Part shown: in pieces, positions 12,586 to 27,169 of the stretch
How the letters are laid out: each line of letters starts with the position of its first letter
Position numbering within the stretch: the stretch's first letter is position 1
NCBI GenBank assembly: GCA_951406725.2
Contig: OX597824.1
Span: forward strand, 24,366,001-24,430,000
DNA length: 64,000 bases
Reading direction: 5' to 3'
Source of the DNA: Octopus vulgaris
Taxonomy: Eukaryota
The notes under the pieces: generated by a model
Told to the model about the DNA's origin: nothing
The model's database searches: none
What the model saw: only the letters and a program-made list of their open reading frames with translations
Translations under genes and position numbers: made by a program

Positions 12586-13051
12586 TGTATGTATGTATGT
12601 ATGTATGTATGTATGTATGTATGTATGTATGTATGTATGTATGTATGTATGTATGTATGTATGTATGTATGTATGTATGTATGTATGTATGTATGTATGT
12701 ATGTATGTATGTATGTATGTATGTATGTACGTATGCATGCATGTATGTATGTATGTATGTATGTATGTATGCATGCATGTATGTATGTATGTATCTATAT
12801 ATGTATGTATATATGTATGTATGTATGTCTGTACGTATGCATGTATGTATGTATGTATATATGTTTGTATGCATGTATGTATGTATATATGTACGTACGT
12901 ATGTATGCATGTATGTATGTATGTACGTATGTATGCATGTATGCATGCATGTATGTATGTATGTATGTATGTATGTATGTATGTATGTATGTATGCATGT
13001 TTGTACGTATGCATGTATGTATGTATGTATGTATGTATGTATGTATATATG

Positions 13052-13085
<34 letters not shown>

Positions 13086-13322
13086 TGTATGCATGTTTGT
13101 ACGTATGTATGTATGTATGTATGTATGTATGTATGTATGTATGTATGTATGTATGTATGTATGTATGTATGTGTGTATGTATGTATGTATGTATGTATGT
13201 ATGTATGTATGTATGTATGTATGTATGTATGTATGTATGTATGTATGTATGTATGTATGTATGTATTTATGTATGTATGTATGTATGTATGTATGTATGT
13301 GTGTATGTATGTATGTATGTAT
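12556..13322. repeat. Very long (TATG)n array, ~770 bp
   Basis: Directly visible; variant units TGCA and TACG. Confidence 0.97.
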
Positions 13323-13708
13323 ATGGTCAGAGTTGCATGTTTTGTTTTATGTATGTATTGTGATGGTATATAGTTGCATATGTAGACATGCTCATATATA
13401 TTCAAATGCTAAACTTCTGGAAAGGTTTACAGACCTTTACAGTTCCAATGATGGATTGGATCCGTTGTCTTCGAATGTATATATGTATATAGGTATGTAT
13501 GTATGCATGTATGTATGTATATGTGTGTGTGTGTATGCATGCAGGTACGTACGTCTATATGTATGTACGTATGCCGGTATATATACATGCATATGTATGT
13601 ATATATACATATGTATATGTACGTAAGTCTGTATGTATGTACGTATGCATGTATGTATACATGCATATGTATGTACGTATGTATGCATTATGTAAATATA
13701 CATATGTA

Positions 13709-13940
13709 GTGAAGGCGCATGGCTCAGTGATTATAGCGTCGAGCTTACGATTTTTAGGTTGCTAGTTCGATTCCCAGACCGGGCTGCGTGTTATGTTCTT
13801 GAGCAAGACGCTTTATTCCACATTGCTCCAGTTCACTCAGCTTTAGAAATGAGTCGCGATGTCACAGGTGCCAAGCTGTATCGGCCTTTGTCTTTCCCTT
13901 AGATAACATCAGTGGCATGGAGAAGGGAGGCTGGTATGAT
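13709..13940 (+). mobile_element. tRNA-derived SINE family E, 5' part
   Basis: GTGAAGGCGCATGGCTCAGTG head; homologous to 45259-45600 and 61111-61443. Confidence 0.85.
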
Positions 13941-14020
13941 GGACAGACACACACACTGTTGAATAATGAGATAGATAAAGATAAGGAGGTGTATAGAGAG
14001 ACAAATAGACAGACACAGAC

Positions 14021-14226
<206 letters not shown>

Positions 14227-14227
14227 T

Positions 14228-14400
14228 GTTTCTTTATTAGCCACACAGGGCTGCACACAGACAGAACAAATTACAAAGTAGAGCTTTTCTTTTGGGGGTA
14301 AAAAAAAGGGGGTTGGTTTTCGATCAAAAGGGATCGTAAAAGGAAAGAAAGAGGACAAAAAAGGGGGAGGATTTAAAAAAAAGGTGGGGAGAGGGAAAAA
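14228..14400 (-). mobile_element. Tx1-like element 3' end, copy 2
   Basis: Homologous to 7890-8030; abuts (GATA)n. Confidence 0.8.
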
Positions 14401-14769
14401 AAGTAGGCAGACAGGCAGAAAGATAGGCAGACAAAGTGACGATGGGCTTCCACACAGTTTCCATCTAGTAAATTCACACTCAAGGTATTAGTCGGCCCAA
14501 AGTTAGAGTAGAAAACTGGCCCAAGTTGGTGCAGGGTAAAAGTGATACCAAATCCGACCAACTTTTGCTAAGAAATACTTTTGGTCTGAAAGCTTAAATC
14601 CTGTTTCCTTTTTCATATTTGTTTTTTTGGGGGGGGAGATGTTTCGTCAAGCATCCGTTTCAGATCTGAATGTAGGTGAAGATTCAAATGCGGCGAGCGG
14701 TAACCCCATCCCTGTCATAGACGAGATGGAGTTTATGCGCGCGTGTCTGCGTGTGTGTATGTGTGTATG

Positions 14770-14815
<46 letters not shown>

Positions 14816-14956
14816 CGTGTGTGTGTGCGTGTGTGAGCGTTAACAGTATGTTTTGCTTTCTAGTGTTGTTTATATAAGTGTGAGAGGATCTTGTTGAGGG
14901 CACGTGCGCTAAAGTACGTATGAGCTAGAAGGCTTGAGTTTTCACGTATGTGATCG

Positions 14957-14987
<31 letters not shown>

Positions 14988-15022
14988 GCATATATACATA
15001 CGTATATATATATATATGTGTG

Positions 15023-15080
<58 letters not shown>

Positions 15081-15318
15081 TATATATATATATATATGCA
15101 TACACACGCACTCATCGGTACACATGCGTATACATGACATAAACACATACATACATACATACATACATGCATACATACATGCATACATACATACATACAT
15201 ACATACATACATACATACATAAACATACAGCCACAGACACACGTCTATGTATGGCAATATCACCAGTGTTACGTAGTGCACAGCAAAGAATGTGTGGACT
15301 CGTAAGTGTCTAACTATA

Positions 15319-15371
<53 letters not shown>

Positions 15372-17095
15372 ATTTGTTTCTGTGTGTATGTGTGCTTGTT
15401 TCTGTGCGTATGTGTGCGAATGCCTGTCCATGAATGTGTACGAATGTGTTTGTTTATGTTTTTGTGAAGATGTATACATACAATCCGGTGTGTATACGTG
15501 TGCCGATTGAAATATTTTTGAAACAAAAAGAGGAGTGTGTTTGTTGCAGGAAAAAAAAAAGGGGGAGAAGGAGGGTGACGATGATGGTAATGATGATGAG
15601 GAGGAGGAGGAGAAGGGGGGAGGAGGAGGAGGAGGAGGAGGAGGAACGGGAGAGGAGGGGAGAAGGAGGAGGGCGGGCGGGCAGAAAAGAAAAAGAAAGA
15701 AAGGAAAAGGTGATGAAGAAGAAAAAACGGGAGCAACAACATCAACAACAACAACAACTAACCTATTCCCAAACAGAATGAGAGACAACAAAACAGACAT
15801 TTCAAGGAAAAGAAAGAAAGAAAGAGCAAAAAAAAAAAAAAACAAAGAAGAAAGAAGAGAAAAGAAGATGAAGGCGGAAGAAGGAAGCACAGAACGAGTG
15901 TGTAGTTCCTTTCTTCTCAAAGAGATTTTAGAATTTTCGCCATTTTCTTCGTGAACGCTGTAATTGTTTTTTGGTATACAGACAACAGTACCTTGTAGTA
16001 TACCTAATGTATCCATAAGACAAAACCGTTAGTCGTAATTGTGGTGGTGGTGGTGGTGGTGGTGGTGGTGGTGGTGGTGGTGGTGGTGGTTGCGGCGGCG
16101 GCATTTGTGCTGGCGGTGATGGCCGTGGGTGAGAGCTGGCATTAGCATAGTTGACATAATTGTAGCTACTTAACATACATACAACATACATACATACATA
16201 CATACATACATACATACATACATACACACAAGCGAATATACATACGCACGCATGCATAAACGCACACAAGCACGGCCGCATGTACACTCCAGCATACGGG
16301 TATATGCATGTAAGTGTATGTGTGCGTGTTCATGCGTGTGCGTGCGCGCGAGCGCGTGTACATATGTGTATGTATATATATATATATATTTATGTAGAGA
16401 TGTTATACATTTATATTTACATGCTTAAATACACACACGCACACACACACCACACACACACATATATATGTGTATGTGAGTGTGTGTGTGTGTGTGTGTG
16501 TGCGTGTGAGTGATCCATTTCCCCTTGCTTGTGAAGCCGAAAAGAGAAAGCAGTGGCCATGTTGAGAAAGGTAGAGGTGTCATCCAATGTCATGGGAAAT
16601 GGGTGTAGAACGTCTAATCGTCATATGCAACTTAAACAGCAGATAATGAAATAGAGAGGGGGAACGAAAAGAGTGAGAGAGAGAGAGAGAGGTGGACGGA
16701 AGAGGTAGTGTGAATAAGAGAGATAGATAGGAAGAAAATGCTAGAGCGGTGTGATTAGAGAGGTATCGGGATAAAGTAAATGACGAAAATTGTAGCCACA
16801 GATATATAAGAAAACAGTGAGTGATTGGAAATAACATGTCATCAACAAAGCATGACTAGGCAAATATGCACCTGGTGTTGTCAATAACTTCTGCTAGAAT
16901 GATTTTCTTCTCCTTCTGATATGCATAGCGTTTTTAAACATAGTTCGTCCGTAAAAGATACTATCTTCGGAGGAATACCGTAGTAAATCATCCTTTTAAC
17001 GAAGTATTTGCGTTAAGTATGATATATAGATGGCTATTTTAATCTAACACTGCTTCTGTTGCATATAACGGATATATATATGTGTGTATATATAT

Positions 17096-17147
<52 letters not shown>

Positions 17148-17319
17148 AGATAGGGGTTGCAAATTCAACCCTCAATGGGATAACATATATCCAATATACT
17201 GCTATAATATACTGTATAATATTATTGCTGTTATGTAATGGTGTAATAAAGTATTGATTGGGTATTATCTGATGGTTGATGATTGATTGATTTAAGTATG
17301 TTTCTCCATTTTCTCATTT

Positions 17320-17384
<65 letters not shown>

Positions 17385-17508
17385 GGGTAAAAGAAAAAGT
17401 TTCTATGCCAATATGCTGTTTATAATTTTCACCTTAAAAGTTATTTTAATATGCTGGCCACTTGATGAAAGTTTTTGAAAAAAATGTTATCCTATATTAG
17501 AAGTATGT

Positions 17509-17569
<61 letters not shown>

Positions 17570-17779
17570 GTCAAGTGCTTATTCGCAACACCAGCAAACA
17601 CACATACGCACGCATATGTATATCTACACGCATGCATTTACACTTATACTGACTAACGAAACTAATTTTCGCCTAAACTTCGAAGTCACAGTCAAAATTT
17701 TCCTTGCACTTATTTCTATTTATGTTTTATTCATTTTATGCCTAAGATATACCAAAACAAAAGACAAAAAACAGTTAAT

Positions 17780-17972
17780 GTTTGTGTGTGTGTGTGTATG
17801 TATGTGTGTGTATGTGTGTGTGTGTGTGTATGTGTGTGTGTATGTGTGTGTATGTGTGTGTATGTGTGTGTGTATGTATATGTGTGTGTATGTGTGTGTG
17901 TGTGTATGTATATGTGTGTGTATGTGTGTGTATGTGTGTGTGTATGTATATGTGTGTGTATATGTGTGTGTA

Positions 17973-18009
<37 letters not shown>

Positions 18010-18131
18010 CGATCGCCCAATACTCCAACTTACCATTTACCTTTCTTTCTATCTATTCGTCTTTCTACCTGCGCATCTATTTACATACCTATATATCTAT
18101 CCAATTAGCCATACATCCATCTATCTATACA

Positions 18132-18179
<48 letters not shown>

Positions 18180-18263
18180 GATCTATCTATCTATCTATCT
18201 GTCTACCCATCCATCAAACTCTATATATCCATTTATCTACATATCCATCTATCTACCCATTTA

Positions 18264-18315
<52 letters not shown>

Positions 18316-18388
18316 TTTTCTTCTTCTTCTCTATACTACTCGCCTATCTGTCCATCTACTTGCCTATCTGTCTGTCTATCTGTCTATA

Positions 18389-18457
<69 letters not shown>

Positions 18458-18834
18458 GTCTGTCTATCTATCTATCTGTCTGTCTATATATATATCTATC
18501 TATCTATCTACCTGTCTATCTACCTGCCTATCTGTTTGTCTATCTATCTATCTATCTATCTAACTATCTAACATCCAGCTGTCACTATATCTACCTACGT
18601 ATCCATCTATCTACCCATCCATCCATCTATCTGTATCTGTCTCTCTCTCTCTCTTTCTCGCTCTATCTATCTATCTATCTATCTATCTGTATGTCTGTCT
18701 ATCTACCTATTTCTTTACCCATGCATCTATCCATCTATCCATTCATACATTTATCTATCTGTCTATCCATTTATCTACCTATCCCTCCATCTGTCTTCAC
18801 TCTGTCTATCTATCTATCTATCTATCTATCTATG

Positions 18835-18891
<57 letters not shown>

Positions 18892-19035
18892 GTATGTCTG
18901 TCTGTCTACCTATCTGTATGTCTGTCTGTCTACCTATTTCCTTACCCATGCATCTATCCATCTATCCATTCATACATTTATCTATCTGTCTATCCATTTA
19001 TCTGCCTATCCCTCCATCTGTCTTCACTCTGTCTA
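17780..19035. repeat. (TG)n then (CTAT)n/(CT)n compound region with a ~125 bp duplication (18685-18810 / 18912-19035)
   Basis: TTACCCATGCATCTATCC...CTGTCTTCACTCTGTCTAT occurs twice. Confidence 0.9.
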
Positions 19036-19325
19036 TAACAATATTGACCGAGGTTACCGTGGTCTTTTTCGTAGGCTTTTCTTCCCACGGATAAACCTTA
19101 TCTGCTTTCCCCTTTACACCGTACATCATGACACTGTGATACCCGATCCCTATTGATTGTTTTTTTCCTCTTTTCTTCCCCCCCCCACTTTTACGATCCC
19201 TTTTGATCGGAAACCTACGCCACTTTTTTTTGTTTTTTTGGGGGTTTTTTTCATCCCACAAAAGAATAGCTCTATCTTGTAATTTGTCCCATCTTTGTGC
19301 AGCCCTGTGTGGCCAATAAAGAAAC
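19035..19325 (+). mobile_element. Tx1-like element 3' UTR, copy 3
   Basis: Matches the reverse complement of 7890-8280; ends GGCCAATAAAGAAAC-TTATCTATCT. Confidence 0.85.
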
Positions 19326-19561
19326 TTATCTATCTATCTTTCAGTCCGTCTGTCTGACTGTCTATTTATCTATTTCTCTTTCCCTTCCATTTGCCTCTAT
19401 TTATACTTCTACTTTCTTACTTCTGTATAGAAAAAAGCGTTGGCTTTATCTGGTAAGCCCTTATTTTTTCAACCTACTCTGATGCTGCACACGTTTGCTA
19501 AGACCTCATGCCATCTGTACATACGTATACTATTTATAATCACAATATATACATGTGTGCT

Positions 19562-19598
<37 letters not shown>

Positions 19599-19957
19599 GT
19601 GTGTGTGTATAAAATATATATGTCTGAATATAAACGTGTGTGTGTGTATGTATATATGTGTTTATGTATGAGTGTATATAAGCTGAGGACTGAAGTTAAT
19701 CCGTGGTGTATGTTACTACAATGACGTTTAGAAGTATTATATTTTTATCGGTGTGTGTGACGTAACATTATCTGCGTGTATATTTGTACGTGTGTATATT
19801 TGTATATAAGGTATGCATATATATATACGTTTGTGTTTGAGAATGCCAGAGAGATGGATGAGGAGGAGGGGGTAGAGGCGGGGGGTGGGCGGAATCAGAG
19901 ATAGAGGAAAGAGATAATGTATGTGTGTGCGTGTGCGTGCATGTGTACATACATATG

Positions 19958-20010
<53 letters not shown>

Positions 20011-20424
20011 TGTGTGTGTGTGTGTGATAGGTCTTGGTGATAACGAGACGGCAAGAGCAACAACCGCAACATCAGCATAAAATAACTGTAAATGAGAACA
20101 GCAGCACCAGCAACAGCAGCAGCAAAAAAGACAGCAGTAACAACATCAGCAACGGTAGCAGCTGCAATATCAACAACAACAACAACAACAATGTAATTAA
20201 TACTTTTAAACAAAAGCAGAAATTAAGAGATAACAGCTGCACTGTAGCAACGGCAATATCTTTACGTTCTGAGTTCAAATTCCACCGAGGTCGACTTTGC
20301 CTTTTATCCTTTCGGGGACGGTGAATTAAGTACCAGAGAAGCACTGGAGTTGGTGTAATCGGCAAGTCCCCTCCCACCAAATTTAGCAGAAATGATTGTT
20401 ATTATTACTATTATTTTTATTATT

Positions 20425-20960
20425 GAGTGACAGAGCAATGCATGCCATCAAAGTGACACCGGGGTAAAATATACGAATCCCAGTATACCCATCATGACTA
20501 CTCGTCTGATAAGGGTACACCCGGCACATGCATCACAACCTTATGTGCGCGACATGGTGATCTTGTATCAAGATAAACAGCGCGTGACCTTGCAGGTGGG
20601 GCCCAGTTAGAATTTTCTTCATGCCAAGAAGCCTATCCCGCTCAAAAGGTCCCTGAATAAGGATTAATCATGTTGAACGAAACACCCATGTTTCCAGAGG
20701 TGAATTATTCAAACCTCAACACATGGTTATGATGCTCCTCCACTACTTCTGCTCATGATCAGAGATGCAGATATCGTCAGCCACTAAGAGACATGCTCAA
20801 ATGGTTAAGGTCAAATAACTGACAAGCAAATCTGTGGTATTGAGCAGAATATTTACTGTAGCCCATCTTTTATACCAAGACAAAACAACGTACATGATAA
20901 CACTTCCAATCAGTTTAGATCAGAAACCATGAGAGCCACTGCTTGGTACTGCATCAGGGC

Positions 20961-20962
<2 letters not shown>
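20425..20962. mobile_element. ~540 bp non-coding interspersed element (family C) flanked by (ATT)n
   Basis: Reverse-complement copy at 43722-44263 and partial copy at 52571-52947; no ORF, tRNA head or TIR seen. Confidence 0.85.
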
Positions 20963-21024
<62 letters not shown>

Positions 21025-21034
21025 ATTATTATTA

Positions 21035-21068
<34 letters not shown>

Positions 21069-21069
<1 letters not shown>

Positions 21070-21510
21070 TGAGACGTCGCGCAATATCCAATATCGTGAT
21101 GTTGTTGATTGAAGATATTGTGTATACCAAGGGCTTGTACTGCCTGTCAAGTCACAACAAGGACCTCAGACAGAAAGTACTTTACGCAATATGCTTGTAA
21201 TACCGATTTTTGCAATACACGTAGGTTGTAGGATATTTCTAAAGTTTTCAGATGTTTCTTCAGCTTGAGTGGTATTGAACTCACTGTTCCGATAACGACA
21301 GAAACAACTATTGTTCGACTTTCGTAGCTGCCACATCTTGGCGATCTCAAATTCTCAGGTCTCCATATTTATCGATCTTTTCTCTTTCTTTCATGATAAT
21401 ATATTGATCTCCTGGCACTGCCACTTCGATTATTGGGCACCTTTGACTGTCCCTCCTGAATGTTACTATATCTGGCTTTCGATGCTCTAACACATTGTCT
21501 GTCTGGAAGT
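21069..21510 (-). pseudogene. R4/Dong-clade non-LTR retrotransposon 3' end (restriction-like endonuclease domain)
   Basis: Minus-strand translation FQTDNVLEHRKPDIV...IIEVAVPGD....KEREKIDKYGDL, then IVVSVVIG....LQKSVL, is the PD-(D/E)xK RLE signature. The 3' end runs into (AAT)n, the known Dong target. Confidence 0.85.
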
Positions 21511-21523
21511 ATATATATATATA

Positions 21524-21652
21524 TCCGACGAAGAGCTCCGCTCGAAACGTCATACCCTCCTTCTTCCCGTTTTTCCTGAGCGCCCAATAATACTTTATTT
21601 GTTCCACCATCCTCGCGTTGTTTATTTTTTTGTTTTCTTGTTTGGATTAACG

Positions 21653-21655
<3 letters not shown>
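21524..21655 (+). mobile_element. Family B Penelope-like fragment with HHR-like core
   Basis: CCGACGAAGAGCTCCGCTCGAAACGT; flanked by (TA)n. Confidence 0.55.
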
Positions 21656-21739
<84 letters not shown>

Positions 21740-21749
21740 TGTATGTATG

Positions 21750-21966
21750 TATGTGTGTATATGTTTGTGTGTCTGTGTTTGTCCCCCACCAACATCGCTT
21801 GACAACCGATGCTGGTGTGTTTACGTCCCTGTAACTTAGTGGTTCGGCAAAAGACAACGACAGAATAAGTACTAGGCTTACAAAGAATAAGTCCTGGGGG
21901 GCGATTTGTTCGACTAAAGGCGGTGCTCCAGCATGACCACAGTCAAATGACTGAAACAAGTAAAAG
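21750..21966 (+). mobile_element. SINE family A, 3' half
   Basis: Family A tail sequence. Confidence 0.85.
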
Positions 21967-21994
21967 AAAAAAAAAAGAAAAAGCTCCCGAAAGA

Positions 21995-22288
21995 AGGACC
22001 AGGTACTGCAATATCTGGGGATTCAAAGGTCCACTGCTATTTAATATACTGCTAACAATGTAAGAGATCCACGTAGAGTCGTGGTACATGTTCCCAAGAA
22101 CAACTTCACATCCTACTCTCAAAGATACCAGATGAACCTTTATACGGCAAGGAACTCAAAAGAGAGCAGCAATATCAAATTCCCTCCTTCACCAAAAGCT
22201 AATCCCAAAACAGTGGCCATTGAAAAGATAATAATACTGGCGGTGCCCACCATGGCCACAGTCTTTGGATTGAATCCAATAAAAGAAA
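21995..22288 (+). pseudogene. CR1/L2-type LINE 3' end (diverged copy)
   Basis: RYCNIWGFKGPLLFNIL..KIPDEP matches the 31010-31270 copy; ends GGCGGTGCCCACCATGGCCACAGTC. Confidence 0.7.
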
Positions 22289-22307
22289 AACTGAATTTGA
22301 AGACATA

Positions 22308-22496
22308 TTTGGCTGCGGCTATGCTGGAGCACCGCCTTTAGTCGAGCAAATCGACACGGGACTTATTCTTTGTAAGCCTAGTACTTATTCTATCGGTCTC
22401 TTTTGCCGAACCGCTAAGTGACAGGGACGTAAACACACCAGCATCGGTTGTGAAGAGATGTTGGAGGGACAAACACAAACACACAAACACACACAT

Positions 22497-22549
<53 letters not shown>

Positions 22550-22721
22550 CATATATACGACAGGCTTCTTTCAGTTTCCGTCTACCAACTCCACTCACAA
22601 GACATTGGTCGGCCCGGGTCTATAGCAGAAGACACTTGCCCAAGATGCCACGCAGTGGGACTGAACCCGGAACCATGTGGTTGGTTAGCAAGATACTTAC
22701 CACACAGCCACTCCTGCGCCT
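22308..22721 (-). mobile_element. SINE family A, full length
   Basis: Family homology. Confidence 0.9.
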
Positions 22722-23162
22722 ATATGCTTACATTCTAGATATTTCCTTTCACTGTCAAGCTTCCTAATATTTAAATGTATTTCAATCTATTTCATTTATA
22801 TTCTATTACAGATATTTTTCGTTATGAGGGTATAGTCAAGATTCTGTTTTTCTGTTATTTATTTCACAAAGGCATTGGTCATAACCCCTAGTATTTTCTA
22901 ATTAGTCGAAGGACATTCTTAGTAACAAAATGTCTCAGTTAGACAAATAATGATGTCCTTTGTGAGGTTCATATGTGTCTAATTATCTACATTATGCGCG
23001 CACAGGCCTACGCGCGCACACACATACACACATACACACATATCACATGTATGTATACATATATACATACACACATACATACATGTACATATATACATGC
23101 GTATATACATATATATATATATAGATGTATATGTGTATATATTATTTATTTATATTTATACT

Positions 23163-23244
<82 letters not shown>

Positions 23245-24137
23245 TATAGATAGATGTATATGTGTATATATTATTTATTTATATTTATACTTACATATAT
23301 ATATATATATATATAATATATGCATGTGTGAGTGTGTGTGTACGTACGTACGTTAATGTACGTACGTATATTCGGTATATAAACATGCGAACCTTTAAAC
23401 CAATTCTTAACGTAGTTTGCATTCTTAGTGGGTCAAATGTCAGGAAACCCTAATTCTTGGAATATGGTGTGAGATTGCAAAAAGGCAAGAGATAATAGAA
23501 ACCGTAGTGGCAATGGGGAAAAAAGGAACCAAAGGAATGTTTCCCCTTTCTTTCGGATGGGAACTACAGGATTGCTTTGAAGGAAATGGGTCACTTAGAA
23601 GTATATTTTACTTTCTGTGATACTCTCCTTGTTCTCAATGTAGTGTCTGGTTTCAGCTATTGTTGATATTGTTGCTGTAGTCTTCGTTGTTGTTGTCGTT
23701 GTTATTTAACTGCTAATCACCCCAGATCCGACAGAGCTATGATCAAAAACATTCCAGTCGTGGTCCCCTTGTCTTATTTTTTCAGGCAGGGGTCTACCTT
23801 ATCAAATTATACCTTTGTTTCTTTCATGCTTTACTTTTGTTTTTTTTTTTTGTTCCCTGAGATATTCGAATGTAATTTGAGAATGATTTGGTTGCCATTT
23901 CCTACGGGTCTAGTCGGTATTTTAGCGGGGCTTTGTTATTTAGACTAGTAGGGACTCCCATTCAACAGACCCTATGTTCAAAAGGTGCTCCAGTCGTAAC
24001 CATCCTGTCTTTTGTTTTTTTCAGAGAACTATATTATCGAATTCTTCGTCCTTCGTTTCACGCATGTGTGTGTGCGTGTGCGCACGCGGCGCGCGTGTGT
24101 GTGTTTGGTGGTGGTGGTGGTGGTGGTGGTGGTGGTG

Positions 24138-24177
<40 letters not shown>

Positions 24178-24669
24178 ATGTGCGTGTGTGGCAGTAGTCA
24201 TGGGGCTGATAGTGGTGGTGGTGGTGGTGATGTGTGTGTGTGTGTATGTGGGTGGGTGTGTGCGTGTGTGGCAGTAGTCATGGTGCTGATAGTGGTGGTG
24301 GTGGTGGTGGTGGTGGTGGTGGTGGTGGTGGTGGTGGTGGTGGTGAGTGTGTATGCGTGTTTAGACAATCGGACGCAAATTGAGAATGATTTGGCCGTAC
24401 TTTCTTACTGATCTAACGGGCACATTACGTTGTACATTAATTAAATGTGCAATAAGCACGTATAGACAGTTCACGTCTGTCCCCTTGAACGACAACTCAG
24501 TATACGTGACTGATAAGGCACAATAACACAGAAACGCATGTGTCTACAGTCCGGTGATATCATTCATGGTTTGGCGATATATCTATATCAGTATTGTCTA
24601 TAAGGAGAATTTCTCTCAAGACAATTTGTGCAACGTATTGTCTTTGTCTGTGTGTACACGAGCATATGC

Positions 24670-24711
<42 letters not shown>

Positions 24712-24748
24712 GTGTGTGTGTGTGAGTGAGTGAATGTATATATGTTTG

Positions 24749-24794
<46 letters not shown>

Positions 24795-24809
24795 CATATA
24801 TCTATATAT

Positions 24810-25201
24810 TCTTTTACTTCTTTCAGTCATTTGATTGCGGCCATGCTGTAGCACCGCCTTTAGTCGAGCATATCGACCCCAGGACTTAATCTTTGTAAAC
24901 CTAGTACTTATTCTATCGGTTTCTTTTGCCGAACCGCTGAGTTAAAGGGACGTAAATACACAAGCATCGGTTATCGAGCGATGTTTAGGGACAAGCACAC
25001 ACACACACACACAAACATATACACACATATGTATATATATACGACGGGCTTTCAGTTTCCGTCAACCAAATCTACTCACAAGAATCTGGTTGGCTGGAGG
25101 CTATAGAAGGCACATGCTGAAGGTGCTACGCAGTGAGACTGAACCCGGAACAATGTGGTTGATAAGCAAGTTACTTAACCACACAGCCACTCCTGCGCCT
25201 A
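24810..25201 (-). mobile_element. SINE family A, full length
   Basis: Family homology. Confidence 0.9.
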
Positions 25202-25238
<37 letters not shown>

Positions 25239-25623
25239 ATCATACCCGGAATTATTACCATAGTTGCAAAAGATCAAGGACATATGCCCATCCTACTTAT
25301 GTTGAATTAATTTTTCATCAAATAAAACTACGGTGTGTCCATCCTTTGTGTGCTTTAAGTTTATTTAGCATTAACGATAAAGACTTGTCCCCAGTGGGGC
25401 TAATATTATAGTAACTAAAAATCATTTACAGTTCAGCACATTAAGGATGGAAGCCTGCACTTGGCTATAAGTATTATATGTATTATAAATGTTATCTAAG
25501 TGTGTATATAAGTGTGTGTATAAACGCTTTCAAGTCTACAGTAAATTCATTTTTTTCGTCTTGATTTCTATTTCTTCATAGTATCTTACACCAAGGGCCT
25601 TCTCGCCTTGCTGGGGACTTACA

Positions 25624-25820
25624 CTTTTTACTCTTTTCCTTGTTTCAGTCATTTGACTGTGGCCATGCTGGAGCACTGCCTTTACTGTAAGCCAAGTACT
25701 TATTCTATCGGTCTCGTTTGCCGAACCGCTAAAGTTTGGGAGACGTAAACACACCAGCATCGGTTGTCAAGCGATGTTGGGGGGACGAACACAGACACAC
25801 AAACATATAAACACACAAAC

Positions 25821-25917
<97 letters not shown>

Positions 25918-26087
25918 AAGGACCTTCTACAGGACTAGAACTGTTTCATTCAAATGAAATCATCAGGATGATTTCATTTGAATGAAACAGTTCTAGTCCT
26001 GTAGAACTCCTTCTATAAAATAAATTAATTTACTCTGCTATGTATTGAGTACCTTATTTACTGTGGTTAACCCCGACTCAACCCGGG

Positions 26088-26176
<89 letters not shown>

Positions 26177-26340
26177 TATATACGACGGGCTTCTTTCAGT
26201 TTCCCTCTACCAAATCCACTCACCAGGCTTTGGTCGGCCCGAGGCTATAGTAGAAGACACTTGCCCAAGGTGCCACGCAGTGGGACTGAACCCAGAACCA
26301 TGTGGTTGGTAAGCAAGCTACTTACCACACAGCCACTCCT
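25624..26340 (-). mobile_element. SINE family A interrupted in its (TA)n by a ~185 bp insert
   Basis: 3' half 25624-25830 and 5' half 26170-26340. Confidence 0.9.
25912..26018. repeat. Near-perfect palindrome (~53 bp arms, 2 nt spacer) containing an HHR core
   Basis: Centre CATC-AG-GATG; minus strand reads CTGATGA-TTTC-ATTT-GAAT-GAAAC-AGTTCTA-GTC. Confidence 0.9.
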
Positions 26341-26506
26341 TATAAAGTAAACGTAAAGTAAATATATACGCTCGTACATAAATGTACGCTTATATACATG
26401 AATGTGTGTGTGTGTGCGCAGACACGTATGTCTGCATATCAATGTATGCAGATACATAGCTAGCTAGCTAGTTAGATAGATAGATCGATGGCTAGCTAGA
26501 GGGATG

Positions 26507-26685
<179 letters not shown>

Positions 26686-27169
26686 GACAGATAGAGAGAC
26701 AGACAGAAAGAAATGTATTTATACATACATATATATAAGAAATATAAGTGTAGTTTACCATACATGATGCGATGAAGCTAAAATATTTAGTAATTAATCG
26801 AAATTACAAGACTAATGAGAAAAGAATTCATTAATTGTTAATAGAGAATTTATTAAAACAAAGAGGCAAGCAAGTCAATTCCTAAATTTCAATCAACCAA
26901 AATTTAATTTTAATACATATTTGCAAACGAGTGACTGAGCCCAATATCGTATAGCAGGGTGATAACTCGGAGTATGTTTCGAACTTATTTCACCTCCTTA
27001 GGAAAGTATATATCACTCAATGGATGCCAAGCATGAATAGTAGAAAGAATATACCAAACGAGGGGCATTCGCTGACTTGGCATTGTAAAAGGAAATTGGA
27101 ATATTTCTCGTGGTTGCCTTCTGTTTGCAGGATAAACAGCCAAGAGCAGGCTACCATTCTTTTATTTTA

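Noticed and set aside
12467-13626. Long ORFs of 270-350 aa (YIHT/MYVC repeats)
   Set aside because: Translations of the (TATG)n microsatellite. The same applies to most ORFs in the track.
14925-16287. 363 aa and 119 aa minus-strand ORFs with poly-Pro, and a plus-strand Gly/Glu/Lys-rich ORF
   Set aside because: Built mainly from (GGA)n, (GGT)n, (TG)n and A-rich tracts; no recognisable domain. A short exon cannot be excluded but is unsupported.
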